A DNA stretch of 41,385 nucleotides. Origin: a virus. Shown here one piece after another: positions 23,591 to 33,755 of this stretch. Under the pieces are notes generated by a model. The model was given only the letters and a program-made list of their open reading frames with translations. It made no database searches and had not been told where the DNA came from. The translations under genes were made by a program, and so were the position numbers. Where the stretch lies: IMG/VR virus record IMGVR_UViG_3300031951_000404. The stretch is one strand, 5' to 3'. Numbering within the stretch: position 1 is the first letter of the stretch; the number at the start of each line of letters is the position of its first letter.

Positions 23591-23763
23591 ACTTTCCGAA
23601 GCGTGGTGAGATTGCACAGCGCGTGCTTGACCTGACCCGGCCTCAATATGCGCGGGAACCTGTTTCGAAACCATTGATTGCCGTTCCAAAGGACGAATGC
23701 CCGAAGTGCGGGAAGCGCGTGGGGCGGGGGCGGTATATGCACATCAAGAACTGCAAGGGGTAA
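23587..23763 (+). CDS. Hypothetical small zinc-ribbon-like protein (58 aa)
   Basis: ATGA overlap with the HNH stop. Contains CPKCGKRVGRGRYMHIKNC. Confidence 0.45.
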   Translation: MNFPKRGEIAQRVLDLTRPQYAREPVSKPLIAVPKDECPKCGKRVGRGRYMHIKNCKG

Positions 23764-23766
23764 GGA

Positions 23767-24402
23767 ATGACCTCCACCCGGTCCGACATAGAAGCACAGA
23801 TTGCCGACGATCTGGCTCGTTCCGACCTCACCAGCCAGATCACGGCGGCGGTGAACACGGCCATCCGGTCCTATCGCTTTGAGCGATTGGGCTTCAACGA
23901 GGCGTACAAGGTCACGGCCACGCTATCCACGTCAGCCGACACGATGACGCTTGCCAGCCTTTCCGTCCGCTTCCGCAAGCTGGACCGGGTTCGCATTGTC
24001 CGCGCGGCGGGGGATTATCTCGACCTCTACCACCGTGATTATGATTGGATCATGTCTCGCCAGGATGTGCGCGTTCTGTGCCAGCCCGTGGAGTATGCCG
24101 TATATAACGCCGCTATCCATTTCGACAGCATGGCGGACCAGAACTACACGCTGCTGATGGACGGGCTGAAGGAACTCGGCAACCCGTCTGCGTCCTATTC
24201 CGCCAACGACACGGCGGCATGGTTCAATGATGCCCGCGAACTGATCCGGCACCGTGCCAAGCGTGAGGTTTACGCCAACGTGCTGAAGGACATGGAACTC
24301 GCAGCGGCGGCGGGTGCATCCGAGAAAGACGCCCTTCGCATTCTCAAGGCCGAAATGGGCGAACAGATCAGCACGGGCTTCATTCGCCCGACAGAGTTCT
24401 AA
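23767..24402 (+). CDS. Virion protein, putative head-tail adaptor
   Basis: 211 aa, first gene of the tail string. The function is inferred from position. Confidence 0.5.
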   Translation: MTSTRSDIEAQIADDLARSDLTSQITAAVNTAIRSYRFERLGFNEAYKVTATLSTSADTMTLASLSVRFRKLDRVRIVRAAGDYLDLYHRDYDWIMSRQDVRVLCQPVEYAVYNAAIHFDSMADQNYTLLMDGLKELGNPSASYSANDTAAWFNDARELIRHRAKREVYANVLKDMELAAAAGASEKDALRILKAEMGEQISTGFIRPTEF

Positions 24403-24404
24403 CC

Positions 24405-25865
24405 ATGCGAGTCCTGTTCGGACGGCTACAATCTGACCAGCCCGACCTCCTCAACGGCGACCTTGAGGAAGCGGAAAACTGCGTCCCGTATATCACGTCA
24501 TACGGGCCATTTCCCGAACCTGTGGCCTATTCCGCAGCCGCTCCGACCACTGTTCGCGGTGCGTACTCGACCAAAGACCTATCTGGCACCGTGTTTACCG
24601 TGCTGGCTACGGAAGGCAAGCTGTACAAGGAAAGCAGCACGGCGCTCAACGACATATCCCGCACGGCGTCTTACACAACCGCCAACGATGGCCCGAATTG
24701 GGAATTTGAAACCTTCGGAAACACGGTCATTGCCGCGAATGGCGCTGACCCCATGCAGATTTACACCATCGGCACGTCATCGGCCTTTGTTAATCAGTCT
24801 GCTTCCGCATCCGCCCCCGTTGCGCGTCATATATCCGTGGTGCGCGACTTCCTGTTCACTGGCCATCAGCCGAACCTCGAAAACCGCGTCCAGTGGTCCC
24901 GCATCAACAACCCGCTCCGCTTCGGCGTCTCGCAGCGGTTTCAGTCCGACTTTCAGGACTTGCCTGGAACTGACCAGATCATCAAGAAAGTCACGGGCGG
25001 CGACTTCGCGGCCATCCTGACCAATACATCCGTCTGGCGTGCTACCTATGTCGGCGCACCCATCATTTTCCGCTTTGACGAGGTGGCGCGAAACGTCGGT
25101 TGTCTTGCATCCGGTTCCGCCGCCCGGTTCCAGAACCTGACCTTCTTCCTTGCCGACTCTGGCATGTATGCCTTCGACGGGCAGACGGCCAACCCCATCG
25201 GCATTGAACAGGTCGATGAAAAGATATTGGACGAAATAAACAAGGCGTACCTTTACCGCGTCACGTCCACCATCGACCCGGTAAACCGCCTCTATCTCAT
25301 GGCCTATCCGTCTACGGCGTCCACGGACGGCACCTGTGACCGTATCGCGATCTATTCATGGGCCAAGCAGCGGTGGGCGTTTGCCTCGGAAGCCATCGAA
25401 GTCCTATTCAATCACATGACGAGCGGCTACACGCTTGAGGGCCTGGACGCGCTTGGCACGCTTGAAACGCTGGCCTTCTCGCTGGACAGCAGCGCATGGC
25501 AGGGCGGGCTTTCGGCGCTTTCTTGCGTCGGAATCGACCACAAGATTGCACGCTTTACCGGAAGCGCGAAAACGGCACGGTTCACCACGGGCGAAGCAGA
25601 ACTTGTTACAGACGCTCGGGCTTTTGTGCGGTCGCTTCGGCCCTTGGTGCAGGGCAACTCCTCGACGGGTGTCAATATTGAGGTTGGCGGGCGCGACAGG
25701 CTGGTTGACAGTGTATCGTGGACGCCCGCTTCCATCATGAACGCCACGGGCACATGCCCGGTTCGGTCCAATGCTCGGTATCATCGGCTCCGCATGGAAG
25801 TTTCCGGCGGGTTTGACCGCGTCATCGGGTCGGAGGTCGAGTTTACCAAGGAAGGCGTTCGGTGA
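24405..25865 (+). CDS. Putative tail tubular/nozzle-type structural protein
   Basis: 486 aa with a beta-rich composition, following the adaptor-like gene. No diagnostic motif. Confidence 0.55.
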   Translation: MRVLFGRLQSDQPDLLNGDLEEAENCVPYITSYGPFPEPVAYSAAAPTTVRGAYSTKDLSGTVFTVLATEGKLYKESSTALNDISRTASYTTANDGPNWEFETFGNTVIAANGADPMQIYTIGTSSAFVNQSASASAPVARHISVVRDFLFTGHQPNLENRVQWSRINNPLRFGVSQRFQSDFQDLPGTDQIIKKVTGGDFAAILTNTSVWRATYVGAPIIFRFDEVARNVGCLASGSAARFQNLTFFLADSGMYAFDGQTANPIGIEQVDEKILDEINKAYLYRVTSTIDPVNRLYLMAYPSTASTDGTCDRIAIYSWAKQRWAFASEAIEVLFNHMTSGYTLEGLDALGTLETLAFSLDSSAWQGGLSALSCVGIDHKIARFTGSAKTARFTTGEAELVTDARAFVRSLRPLVQGNSSTGVNIEVGGRDRLVDSVSWTPASIMNATGTCPVRSNARYHRLRMEVSGGFDRVIGSEVEFTKEGVR

Positions 25866-26227
25866 GCAGGGTCTTTGAACTCAATGACCCCGGCAATGCC
25901 TTTCGCCGCACGGATGCCGCACCCGTCAAGGTGGGCGGCCTTTACAAGACGGACGGCGACGATAACCAAAACACGTTTACGGACGGCCAGGGCGGCAAGT
26001 ACTGGTTTGCCGACACGACCAGCGGCAACGTGACGATAACCCTGCCGGATGCCACAACAGTCACGGCTGACACGGTATTCACGGTCAAGCGCATCAGTGC
26101 GGGGGCCAATACGCTCACAGTCACGACGGGCGGCGGAAACATCGACGGCGCGGCAACTCATCTTATCCCGACACAATATGCCAGCTACTCCTATGTGAGT
26201 GACGGCGAGAACTATTGGATCATCTGA
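25862..26227 (+). CDS. Hypothetical structural-module protein (121 aa)
   Basis: GTGA overlap upstream (GTG start). Confidence 0.6.
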   Translation: MSRVFELNDPGNAFRRTDAAPVKVGGLYKTDGDDNQNTFTDGQGGKYWFADTTSGNVTITLPDATTVTADTVFTVKRISAGANTLTVTTGGGNIDGAATHLIPTQYASYSYVSDGENYWII

Positions 26228-26874
26228 TGAGTTACGAAAAGGACAAGCTAGACAGTTACCTGACCAGTGCATCGCTATCGACGGCGCTTGCGCCCTATAT
26301 CACGTCGGCCAGCGTCTCGGCGGCCATTGCTGGGCTTAACCTCGCGCCGTACATGACGAGCAACAGCATTTCTGCCGCCGTGGTGACGGACGCACTGACA
26401 GTTCGCGGGGATGCTGCGGTGTCGGCAACCCTATCCGCTGGTGCTGTCACTATTGCTGGCCGTCCAGTTGGGATGGTGCTTCTTCAATATCAGGTAATCG
26501 GGGACGCAACCAGCATTGGATTTTCAGGGTCATGGTCTGATTTTGGCGTCCTTGAACTAGAGGCTCTATACAGGGTCAGCGGGGCAAATACTTCTGCCAT
26601 TACCCTTTTCACGGATGGCGGAACGACTCCGATGCTTCAGTTTCAACCCGCATCAGCGATTGCCACGGGAACGATTGCTCTCAATTGCCGCGTGCTTGGC
26701 AGCGATGGACTCGCGGTTAAGCATGTTACTGCAACATGGCGTCCAGCCGGGGATGGCGGAACGGGCGGGCATACTGCAACGGTTAATTCCGGGGTAATCA
26801 ATTGCATTCGGTTCAGCCATTCCAAGACCATGTCTGGCGGGATGGCCGTTTTAATGGGGCTGCGTAAAACGTGA
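26227..26874 (+). CDS. Fibre-like protein (Ser/Ala/Thr-rich N-terminal repeats)
   Basis: TGATG overlap. SYLTSASLSTALAPYITSASVSAAIAGLNLAPYMTSNSISAAV is an internal repeat. Confidence 0.6.
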   Translation: MSYEKDKLDSYLTSASLSTALAPYITSASVSAAIAGLNLAPYMTSNSISAAVVTDALTVRGDAAVSATLSAGAVTIAGRPVGMVLLQYQVIGDATSIGFSGSWSDFGVLELEALYRVSGANTSAITLFTDGGTTPMLQFQPASAIATGTIALNCRVLGSDGLAVKHVTATWRPAGDGGTGGHTATVNSGVINCIRFSHSKTMSGGMAVLMGLRKT

Positions 26875-27329
26875 GCCGCTACACTTCCTTCGGCGTTCCG
26901 GCTGCTGATCTTCACGGCGTATGGGAAGACGCATGGCCCTATCTGCAAAGGGCCGTGGATCGGTTTCCGAACGTGCCGCTTCCATTCACCGAAGGCGAAG
27001 TTCTCAAGAACCTGTTCGCCAAGGATATGCAATTGTGGATAGGCTGGGACATTGATGCGGCGCGAGTTGCGGGCGCGTTGGTAACGGAGATAACGCGGGA
27101 CTTTCGACACCCGGACAAGGTGTTTTTGTCCATCCCGCTTGTGGGTGCTGACAACTGGAACTCCTGGGGTGATGACCTTTGGAACATGCTGAAGGCTTGG
27201 GGCGTCGAACACGGATGCACACATGCTCTCGGATACGGGCGGCGCGGGTGGACGCGGCTTTATGGATTTGTAGACTGCGGCACGACGGACGGGGGGCTTC
27301 CCATGTTCGTGCGTTCTCTGAAGAGGTGA
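26871..27329 (+). CDS. Hypothetical protein (possibly GNAT-like fold)
   Basis: 152 aa, GTGA overlap. ...LWIGWD...GALVTEI...LGYGRRGW is a weak resemblance only. Confidence 0.5.
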   Translation: MSRYTSFGVPAADLHGVWEDAWPYLQRAVDRFPNVPLPFTEGEVLKNLFAKDMQLWIGWDIDAARVAGALVTEITRDFRHPDKVFLSIPLVGADNWNSWGDDLWNMLKAWGVEHGCTHALGYGRRGWTRLYGFVDCGTTDGGLPMFVRSLKR

Positions 27330-27333
27330 CAGA

Positions 27334-28185
27334 ATGGGCAAGGGCCAGAATAACCAACAGACACAGGTGACGAAGGCAGAGCCTTGGGCACCGATTCAGC
27401 CGTATCTAAAGGGCGCGTTTGGGGATGCACAGAGCATCTACAAGCAAGGCGCTCCGGGGTTCTTTCCCGGCCAGACGGTGGCGGGACAGTCCGGGTACAC
27501 CACGCAGGCTTATCAGAACATGGCCAACCGCGCCATGCAGGGAAACCCGCTCATGGGGCAAGCGGGCGGCGAAGTCAGCAAGATGCTTTCCGGGGCCTAT
27601 CTGGACCCCAACAATAACCCTGGCTTCCAAGGCGCGCTATCTGCCGCAGTAAGGCCCATCACGGATGCCTTCCGCGATGAAGTCATGCCGGGGATCGACA
27701 GTTCGTTTTCCTCGGCGGGCCGCTATGGTTCCGGTTTGCAGCGCGAGGCGTACAGCGATGCCAACCAGGACTTGGCGCGCGGCATTGGTGACGTGTCTTC
27801 AAACATGGCGTTCAACAACTACGGCATGGAACGCGGCAACATGATGAACGCGCTCGGCATGGCACCGGGCTTCGCTGCCAACGACTACAAGGATATTTCA
27901 ATGCTCGGCCTCGCGGGGCAGGGCATGGACGAATACCAGCAGCGCATCATTGATGCCGAACGTGAGCGGTACGATTACAACGCCAACAAGGACATGAGTT
28001 GGTTGTCGAACTATGTGGGCCTGCTTGGCGGTGCGCCGCCCCCGTCCACAACCGGAACCGTAACCACGCCAGCGCCCAATCCGTGGGCAACCGCGCTTGG
28101 CCTTGGCTTGCAAGGGGCCAGCATGTTAGGCGGCTTCGGCGGCATGGGCGGCGGTGGATTCTTCCAAAGCCCGCGCATTTACTAG
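27334..28185 (+). CDS. Putative internal virion/ejection protein 1
   Basis: 283 aa, Gly/Met/Asn-rich, C-terminus GGFGGMGGGGFF. Positioned before two larger internal-type proteins. Confidence 0.55.
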   Translation: MGKGQNNQQTQVTKAEPWAPIQPYLKGAFGDAQSIYKQGAPGFFPGQTVAGQSGYTTQAYQNMANRAMQGNPLMGQAGGEVSKMLSGAYLDPNNNPGFQGALSAAVRPITDAFRDEVMPGIDSSFSSAGRYGSGLQREAYSDANQDLARGIGDVSSNMAFNNYGMERGNMMNALGMAPGFAANDYKDISMLGLAGQGMDEYQQRIIDAERERYDYNANKDMSWLSNYVGLLGGAPPPSTTGTVTTPAPNPWATALGLGLQGASMLGGFGGMGGGGFFQSPRIY

Positions 28186-28197
28186 AGGACCGATCAC

Positions 28198-29364
28198 ATG
28201 AACCTCATCAAGAAATTCGTGACGGGCCTCGGCAACCAGACCGCGCCCTTTGGCTTCTCACCTGATGACCCGGAAGCGGGTTACAAGGCGGGCCTCGGCT
28301 ACATCGGTGACATTGGCGCGAACCTCTTGGCGAACAACCAGGGGGGCGTTGATCCGTTCGCCAACCTCGGCGCATCGATTCAGCAGGCAAAGGCATCCGG
28401 CACGCAGCGGAACAAGGAACAGTATACGGCGCAACGGCTGATGGAAGAAGCCGCGTTGAAGCGTCAGGAGCGGGAGAAGTCCGAGAAGCTTAACAGCGAG
28501 TGGCAAAAGTGGGTCGGGGCAAATTCTGACAAGTTCGGGGAATATGCTTCCATTGCGCCATACCTTGACCCGGATCAGGGTATGCAAATTCTGGCCGGAA
28601 TGAAACCGGATTGGCGACCCGCAACGCCAGAGGAAAAGACTTCTCTTGGCGTTGGCAACGATACGCCGCTTGTCATCACGGCAGACGGGCCGAAAGTTTT
28701 GGGTGGCGGCAATAGCACCACGAACAATTATGTGAATGTTGGCGGCGAAATTCCTGACAGCAAGTTAAGAGAGGAGCTTGATAAGTCAGAGGGCAAAACG
28801 TGGGATGAGTACAAGAAAGCCGGGACCATTTCGGGCCAGAATGCCCAAGATTTTGCCGTGCTTGATGAGTTGCTAAAGGTGGCTCCACAAGGGCCCATTA
28901 CTGGTAGGCTTGCCGCAGCGGTTCCTGGTGTTTCGTCGGCTGGTGATGCAGTCCAATCAATCATCAAGAGAATTGCTCCAACGCTTCGTGCTCCTGGATC
29001 GGGTTCAACTTCTGACATTGAATATCAGGGCATGTTGCAATCTTTGCCTGCTTTGGCAAACCAGCCAAAAGCGAACGCAATGATTATCTCAATCATGAAG
29101 GCAAAGGCTGATTTAAACGTGCAAAGGTCTGAAATTGTCACGCGATATCAAGCTGGTGAAATTGACGTATCCACCGCACGCAAGGAAATTGCAAAACTTG
29201 ACCGCTTGTCCATCATGACGCCAGAAATGAAAAAGGCTTTGCTTGGAATCTCCGGGGCCGAAAGTGAGCGGAGCGATTTGCAGATTCCGCCCCCGGATGG
29301 GTGGGACGAGGAAGACTGGAAATATTTGACGCCTGAAGAAAAGCAAAGGGCGCTAGGACAATGA
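28198..29364 (+). CDS. Putative internal virion/ejection protein 2
   Basis: 388 aa. The 3' half appears lower in GC by eye. Confidence 0.55.
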   Translation: MNLIKKFVTGLGNQTAPFGFSPDDPEAGYKAGLGYIGDIGANLLANNQGGVDPFANLGASIQQAKASGTQRNKEQYTAQRLMEEAALKRQEREKSEKLNSEWQKWVGANSDKFGEYASIAPYLDPDQGMQILAGMKPDWRPATPEEKTSLGVGNDTPLVITADGPKVLGGGNSTTNNYVNVGGEIPDSKLREELDKSEGKTWDEYKKAGTISGQNAQDFAVLDELLKVAPQGPITGRLAAAVPGVSSAGDAVQSIIKRIAPTLRAPGSGSTSDIEYQGMLQSLPALANQPKANAMIISIMKAKADLNVQRSEIVTRYQAGEIDVSTARKEIAKLDRLSIMTPEMKKALLGISGAESERSDLQIPPPDGWDEEDWKYLTPEEKQRALGQ

Positions 29365-31379
29365 CAGAAGCGGAAAAGCTGAAACTTAAGGCTAAGGCAC
29401 GCCGCCGCCGCAAGGAAGCGGAAGGTGGAATGTCGTCTCCTGCGCTCGGCAGCACTGCGGCTGACGTTGGTTTGTCGGCGCTATCGTCCATCCCCAAGGG
29501 CATTTCGTCTGCCATTGGCATGGCCCGCGATGTTGGCGAGGATTTGCTGGGCGGCGGCTTGACCTATGGCATTGACAGGCTTCTGGGCTATTCGCCTGAA
29601 GAAGCCAAGGCGCGGCTTGACGAAGTCAAGGCCGTCAAAAGCCGCTATGACACGCCCATTTCTGCGCCCCGCAGCAAAGACGTGCGGGCGGGCATTGAAA
29701 GTGTCACGGGGCCGCTGTACGAGCCGAAAACCATTCCCGGTCAGTTTGCCGACACCACGGGCCAGATGATTACGGGGTCGGCTTTGTTCGGTTCGGGCGG
29801 GCCACTCGCCCGGTTTTTCCAGGGGTTTATCCCCGGTATGGCGACTGAAACCGCCGGGCAGACTGCAAGAAAGATTGCGCCCGAATACGAGGGGCCAATC
29901 AGAGTGGGAACGTCACTGGCAACGGGGTTCTTGGCTAACCGCGTCACCGCGCCGTCTTCTCCCAATCGCGTTATCTCTGACGCCATGCAGGGTGTGACAA
30001 AACCGCAGATGAACGCCGCCATGAGGTTGATGGAAGAAAGCCGCAAGCAGAACGGCGTTCCGTTGACATGGGCGGAAGCAATTCAGCACGTCACGGGCGG
30101 AAGAACCACGCTTGATGATGTTGCGCGGTTTGTCGAAAACTCGCGCGTTGGTGGTCCTGTCATGCGAGAGTTTTACGCCGATAGGCCGCAACGCGTGGGA
30201 TCAGCCGTCGCTGCTCAAGCAGACGCAATTGACCCCTTTCCTGGAAGACCAGAAGTAATTGGGCCAAATGTGCAACGCGCGGCGCAAGGCGCATTGGATG
30301 AGGTTACGGCTGACATAAACAATACGACCCGACCACTTTACAACGCCGCCCATCCGGTTCGGCTTTCGCCGCCGCAGATGCAGGCCATCCGCGCCAATCC
30401 CGCATATGATGCAATTGTCGGTGAGTTGCGGAAAGACAAATATCTAGGCGCACACTATCGGAATGTCGCCGACGATAGCGTTGAAATGGTTGACGCTGTG
30501 CAAAAGGTCATGCGCGGTGACGCTGAGGGCTTGAAAATGTCAACGCAGGGCGTTGATAGGTTTGCCGCGTCTGAGGCTGGCACAGTTCGCCGCCGCATGA
30601 TGGATGAGGCCAAGACCGCTTCGCCAGAATATGATGCTGCACTTGCCGAACAGGCGCGGTTGCGGGGGCAGTATCTTGAACCGCTTGAGTCAGGGCCTAC
30701 CGGACGCATGGCCGCGACTGCTGACGTTAAACAGCAGGTTGAAGCCATATTCCCCATGAACCCTCCCGCCAATTCCGAGAAAGGTGTTGCTCAAGCAATC
30801 ATGGCCCTTTCACAGAAAGACCCCGCGTTGGCTGCGAATGTCGTGGGGCAGCATATTGACAGAGTGTTCGCAGAGGCCGGGCAAAAACTAGCATCAGGGT
30901 CTAATCAGGCTGGCGGTGCGAAATTTGCTGCCGTCATTTCCGGCAATTCACAGCAAGCCAAAAACCTTGAAGCGGCCATTCGGGCGCTTCCCGGTGGCGA
31001 CAGCAAATGGCTTGGGTTCAAGAAGCTACTTGAAAACCTAGAGGCCACTGGCAGAAGGAAAGCCGTGGGTTCACCAACTGACTTGAATCAAGGAATTCGT
31101 GGCGACCTTAAATCAGGCGGGCTTGTCGGGGAAACCTTTTCCACGGCTGGTTCTCCCGGCAAATGGATGACCAAGATCAGCGACACCTATCAGGCGTGGC
31201 GTCTTGGAAAGAACACGGAAACCCTCGCCAGAATCTTCACCGACCCCACGGCTGGGCAACTGCTGTCCCGTCTCGCCATGCTTCGCCCCGGAAGCGCCGA
31301 ATATAAAGACGCTGTTGCGCGTATTGTTCTGATTACGCAGACGCCGCAGAACTCGGTCCCGACACCAAATCGGGAGTGA
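29361..31379 (+). CDS. Putative internal virion/ejection protein 3 (largest ORF, 672 aa)
   Basis: ATGA overlap. Large alpha-rich protein in the position of podovirus core proteins. No lysozyme motif seen. Confidence 0.55.
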   Translation: MTEAEKLKLKAKARRRRKEAEGGMSSPALGSTAADVGLSALSSIPKGISSAIGMARDVGEDLLGGGLTYGIDRLLGYSPEEAKARLDEVKAVKSRYDTPISAPRSKDVRAGIESVTGPLYEPKTIPGQFADTTGQMITGSALFGSGGPLARFFQGFIPGMATETAGQTARKIAPEYEGPIRVGTSLATGFLANRVTAPSSPNRVISDAMQGVTKPQMNAAMRLMEESRKQNGVPLTWAEAIQHVTGGRTTLDDVARFVENSRVGGPVMREFYADRPQRVGSAVAAQADAIDPFPGRPEVIGPNVQRAAQGALDEVTADINNTTRPLYNAAHPVRLSPPQMQAIRANPAYDAIVGELRKDKYLGAHYRNVADDSVEMVDAVQKVMRGDAEGLKMSTQGVDRFAASEAGTVRRRMMDEAKTASPEYDAALAEQARLRGQYLEPLESGPTGRMAATADVKQQVEAIFPMNPPANSEKGVAQAIMALSQKDPALAANVVGQHIDRVFAEAGQKLASGSNQAGGAKFAAVISGNSQQAKNLEAAIRALPGGDSKWLGFKKLLENLEATGRRKAVGSPTDLNQGIRGDLKSGGLVGETFSTAGSPGKWMTKISDTYQAWRLGKNTETLARIFTDPTAGQLLSRLAMLRPGSAEYKDAVARIVLITQTPQNSVPTPNRE

Positions 31380-31556
31380 CGTTCCCCACCATGCAAAAAG
31401 AAACCCGGTAAAGGCGACCCCCAGGTTGTTATCCGTGAGTTGCAATGACTGATTGACGGCGAACACGCCGCCGAAAATGGCGAGCTGCCAAAGTCTCCAA
31501 AGCATCCCCCCATATACCACAGGAGCCAATAGATGGCCAATCTTAGAAAGGGTGGT

Positions 31557-32198
31557 TTACATGCGGCGCTTGTGGTGGAAATGCAACGGGAGGGTTAGCG
31601 CATCTTCCGCCGTCCAGCCAAGCTGCCGATAGCGAGATGTTATGGTTTTTTCGTCAAGTCCAACAATTCTAGACCATTGCCCTGCCGTCAGTGACTTGCC
31701 GTCAAACTCAATCCTTACGTTATTCTTTAGGTTCAGTTGTTGTTGTTGCGGTGTCGCCCAGCGGCAGTTCCCTGGTTCATAGCCTTTCGTTCCGTCGATA
31801 CGGTCAAGTGTGTGCCTCGGCGATGGTCTTTTGCCCATGTCTGCAAGGAATGTCTCAAATATCCGCCATCTTTCACAGACAACAATTCCACGCGCCCCAT
31901 ACTTGTAATAGGCAGCACTGCTGGGGCTGTAACACCTTGCCTTCATGCCAAGCCAAATCTTGTATTCTGGAGTTTGCGACAGACCGTGTGACCCGAACCG
32001 CTTTGTAGAAAGTTCGCGGTTGTAGCACCCGCAAGAAGCGATTCCGCGCCCCCTGATTGTCTTGGCCCCGCGTACCAATTCAGTTCCGCAATCACAAACA
32101 CAATCCCACATCACGGGGCCATGTGGCTTTTCGTGGTTGCGCCCTTTGATCGTTAATCGGCCAATTCGGTGTCCCGTTAAGTCAACAAGTCTTGGCAT
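31557..32198 (-). CDS. Reverse-oriented moron: Cys-cluster DNA-binding / homing-endonuclease-like protein
   Basis: 213 aa. WDCVCDCGTE...ASCGCYN, then YKIWLGMKARCYSPSSAAYYKYGARGIVVCERW...LDRIDGTKGYEPGNCRWATPQQQ. It is the only minus-strand gene inside the late block. A 60-nt sample counted by hand is about 45% GC. Confidence 0.65.
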   Translation of the reverse strand: MPRLVDLTGHRIGRLTIKGRNHEKPHGPVMWDCVCDCGTELVRGAKTIRGRGIASCGCYNRELSTKRFGSHGLSQTPEYKIWLGMKARCYSPSSAAYYKYGARGIVVCERWRIFETFLADMGKRPSPRHTLDRIDGTKGYEPGNCRWATPQQQQLNLKNNVRIEFDGKSLTAGQWSRIVGLDEKTITSRYRQLGWTAEDALTLPLHFHHKRRM

Positions 32199-32231
32199 CC
32201 CGAGAACTTACTAATCTAAGGAGGCGTTATT

Positions 32232-33104
32232 ATGGCTAACCTTCGTCGCTGGAGTTCCAGCGCCTCGGGCAATTCTTCCGTTGCGGGAGGTGCCAACACG
32301 ATCAACTTTGCGGAAGGCCAAGCCCCCGGCTCGGTCAACAATTCCGCCCGCGAGGTGATGGCCCAAATCCGCTCCATCTATGTCCCTGAGGAATGGGGAT
32401 GGGTAGAGCATAGCGCCACGGCCTCTGTAGCCTCACAGACGACGTTCAAGCTGGCCGGCAACCAGACTAGCAATTGGACTGCCAACCGCCGCTGGCGGCT
32501 CAAGAGCGGGTCCACGACCCGGTATGGCACGGTTGTCTCGTCTTCCTTCACCGCTGAAACCACCATTACCGTGACGGTTGATTCAGGCTCCCTTTCGGCC
32601 TCGCATTCCCTGGCGGCACTTTCCGCCGTTTCAGGCGACCATGTGCCAGACAACTATATCGTCCCGGCTGACCTCACTGCCTATGTGACATCAAACAGCC
32701 TGTCTGCGGGCAAGGCTACGGCTGCGGAGTTCCGCAACAACACGGCAGACAAGTTGCTGGTGACGGACAAGGTTTGGAGCGCGGCGGGGTCCGTAGCCCT
32801 GTCCTATTCGGCAGGCGGCACGACCACGGCGGACCTTTCGGCGGGCATCAATTTTACCGTCACGACGGGCGCGGCCAATTCAACCCTAAGCATCATCAAC
32901 GCGAAGACGGGCCAAAGCGGCGTCATACAGATCACGCAGGGCGCAACGCCAAGGTCTTTGACCTTCTCGGCTGAATTGGTGTTTGCGGGCGGCACCGACC
33001 CCACGCTCACGGCCTCTGCCTCGGCTAAAGACCTGTTGTTCTATCACGTACTCGACAGTACGGGGCCGATTGTCTTCGGCAACCTCATCAAGAACGTGAG
33101 TTAG
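32232..33104 (+). CDS. Tail fibre/spike protein
   Basis: The N-terminus NFAEGQAPGSVNNSAREVMAQIRS is a recurrent phage tail-fibre anchor motif. AAGGAGG lies upstream. Confidence 0.65.
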   Translation: MANLRRWSSSASGNSSVAGGANTINFAEGQAPGSVNNSAREVMAQIRSIYVPEEWGWVEHSATASVASQTTFKLAGNQTSNWTANRRWRLKSGSTTRYGTVVSSSFTAETTITVTVDSGSLSASHSLAALSAVSGDHVPDNYIVPADLTAYVTSNSLSAGKATAAEFRNNTADKLLVTDKVWSAAGSVALSYSAGGTTTADLSAGINFTVTTGAANSTLSIINAKTGQSGVIQITQGATPRSLTFSAELVFAGGTDPTLTASASAKDLLFYHVLDSTGPIVFGNLIKNVS

Positions 33105-33107
33105 CCA

Positions 33108-33755
33108 ATGCTGCCCGGTTTGAGTGGCATTGCTGGCGTGGGTGGGAGAAAGGTTGCTGCTGTCACCTATCAGACGCAAACCTTTACACAATCCGTAGGA
33201 ACACAGTTCACGTTTTCCTCGCAAGCATTCGGGACTGCCTCGTCTGACCGCGTGGTTATTGTCTCAGTTGTCGTGGCTGATGGGACGGCCGGAACCGTGT
33301 CCGCTGTTACAATTGGCGGCGTTAGCGCGACCATTATTCGACAGGCCAGCGATAGCACTTTAACGGGTGCCATCGTGGCCGCAGCCGTTCCAACCGGGAC
33401 CACCGGAAGCGTTGTCGTAGACCTGTCTACTTCTCGCGGGGCGTGCGCCATCGGCATATGGAGCGCAACTGGCCAAGTGTCTGCCGCTGGCGTTGCCAGT
33501 AATTCCAACACTGACCTTGCCGAGTTGACGCTTGTTGCGGAAGACGGCGGGTTTGTCATTGGCCTGTGCTGCAACCTTGGAGCAACGCCGCGCACCACAA
33601 CATGGTCTGGCGCTTCCGAAGACTTTGACGATGTGGCTGAAGAAAACACATACCACTCTGGCGCAAGTGCGGCAACATCGGGAACGGCTGTCAGTTTGCA
33701 GCCTACTCTGAGCGGCGCAGCATCTCCGACCGTGTTTGTAGCCGCAACCTTCTAA
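33108..33755 (+). CDS. Structural-module protein, paralogue of 13795-14448
   Basis: 215 aa. See the shared motifs listed for 13795-14448. Confidence 0.6.
   Translation: MLPGLSGIAGVGGRKVAAVTYQTQTFTQSVGTQFTFSSQAFGTASSDRVVIVSVVVADGTAGTVSAVTIGGVSATIIRQASDSTLTGAIVAAAVPTGTTGSVVVDLSTSRGACAIGIWSATGQVSAAGVASNSNTDLAELTLVAEDGGFVIGLCCNLGATPRTTTWSGASEDFDDVAEENTYHSGASAATSGTAVSLQPTLSGAASPTVFVAATF

Noticed and set aside
26643-27341. 232-aa minus-strand ORF
   Set aside because: It is antisense to two coupled + strand structural-module genes and has no recognisable features.
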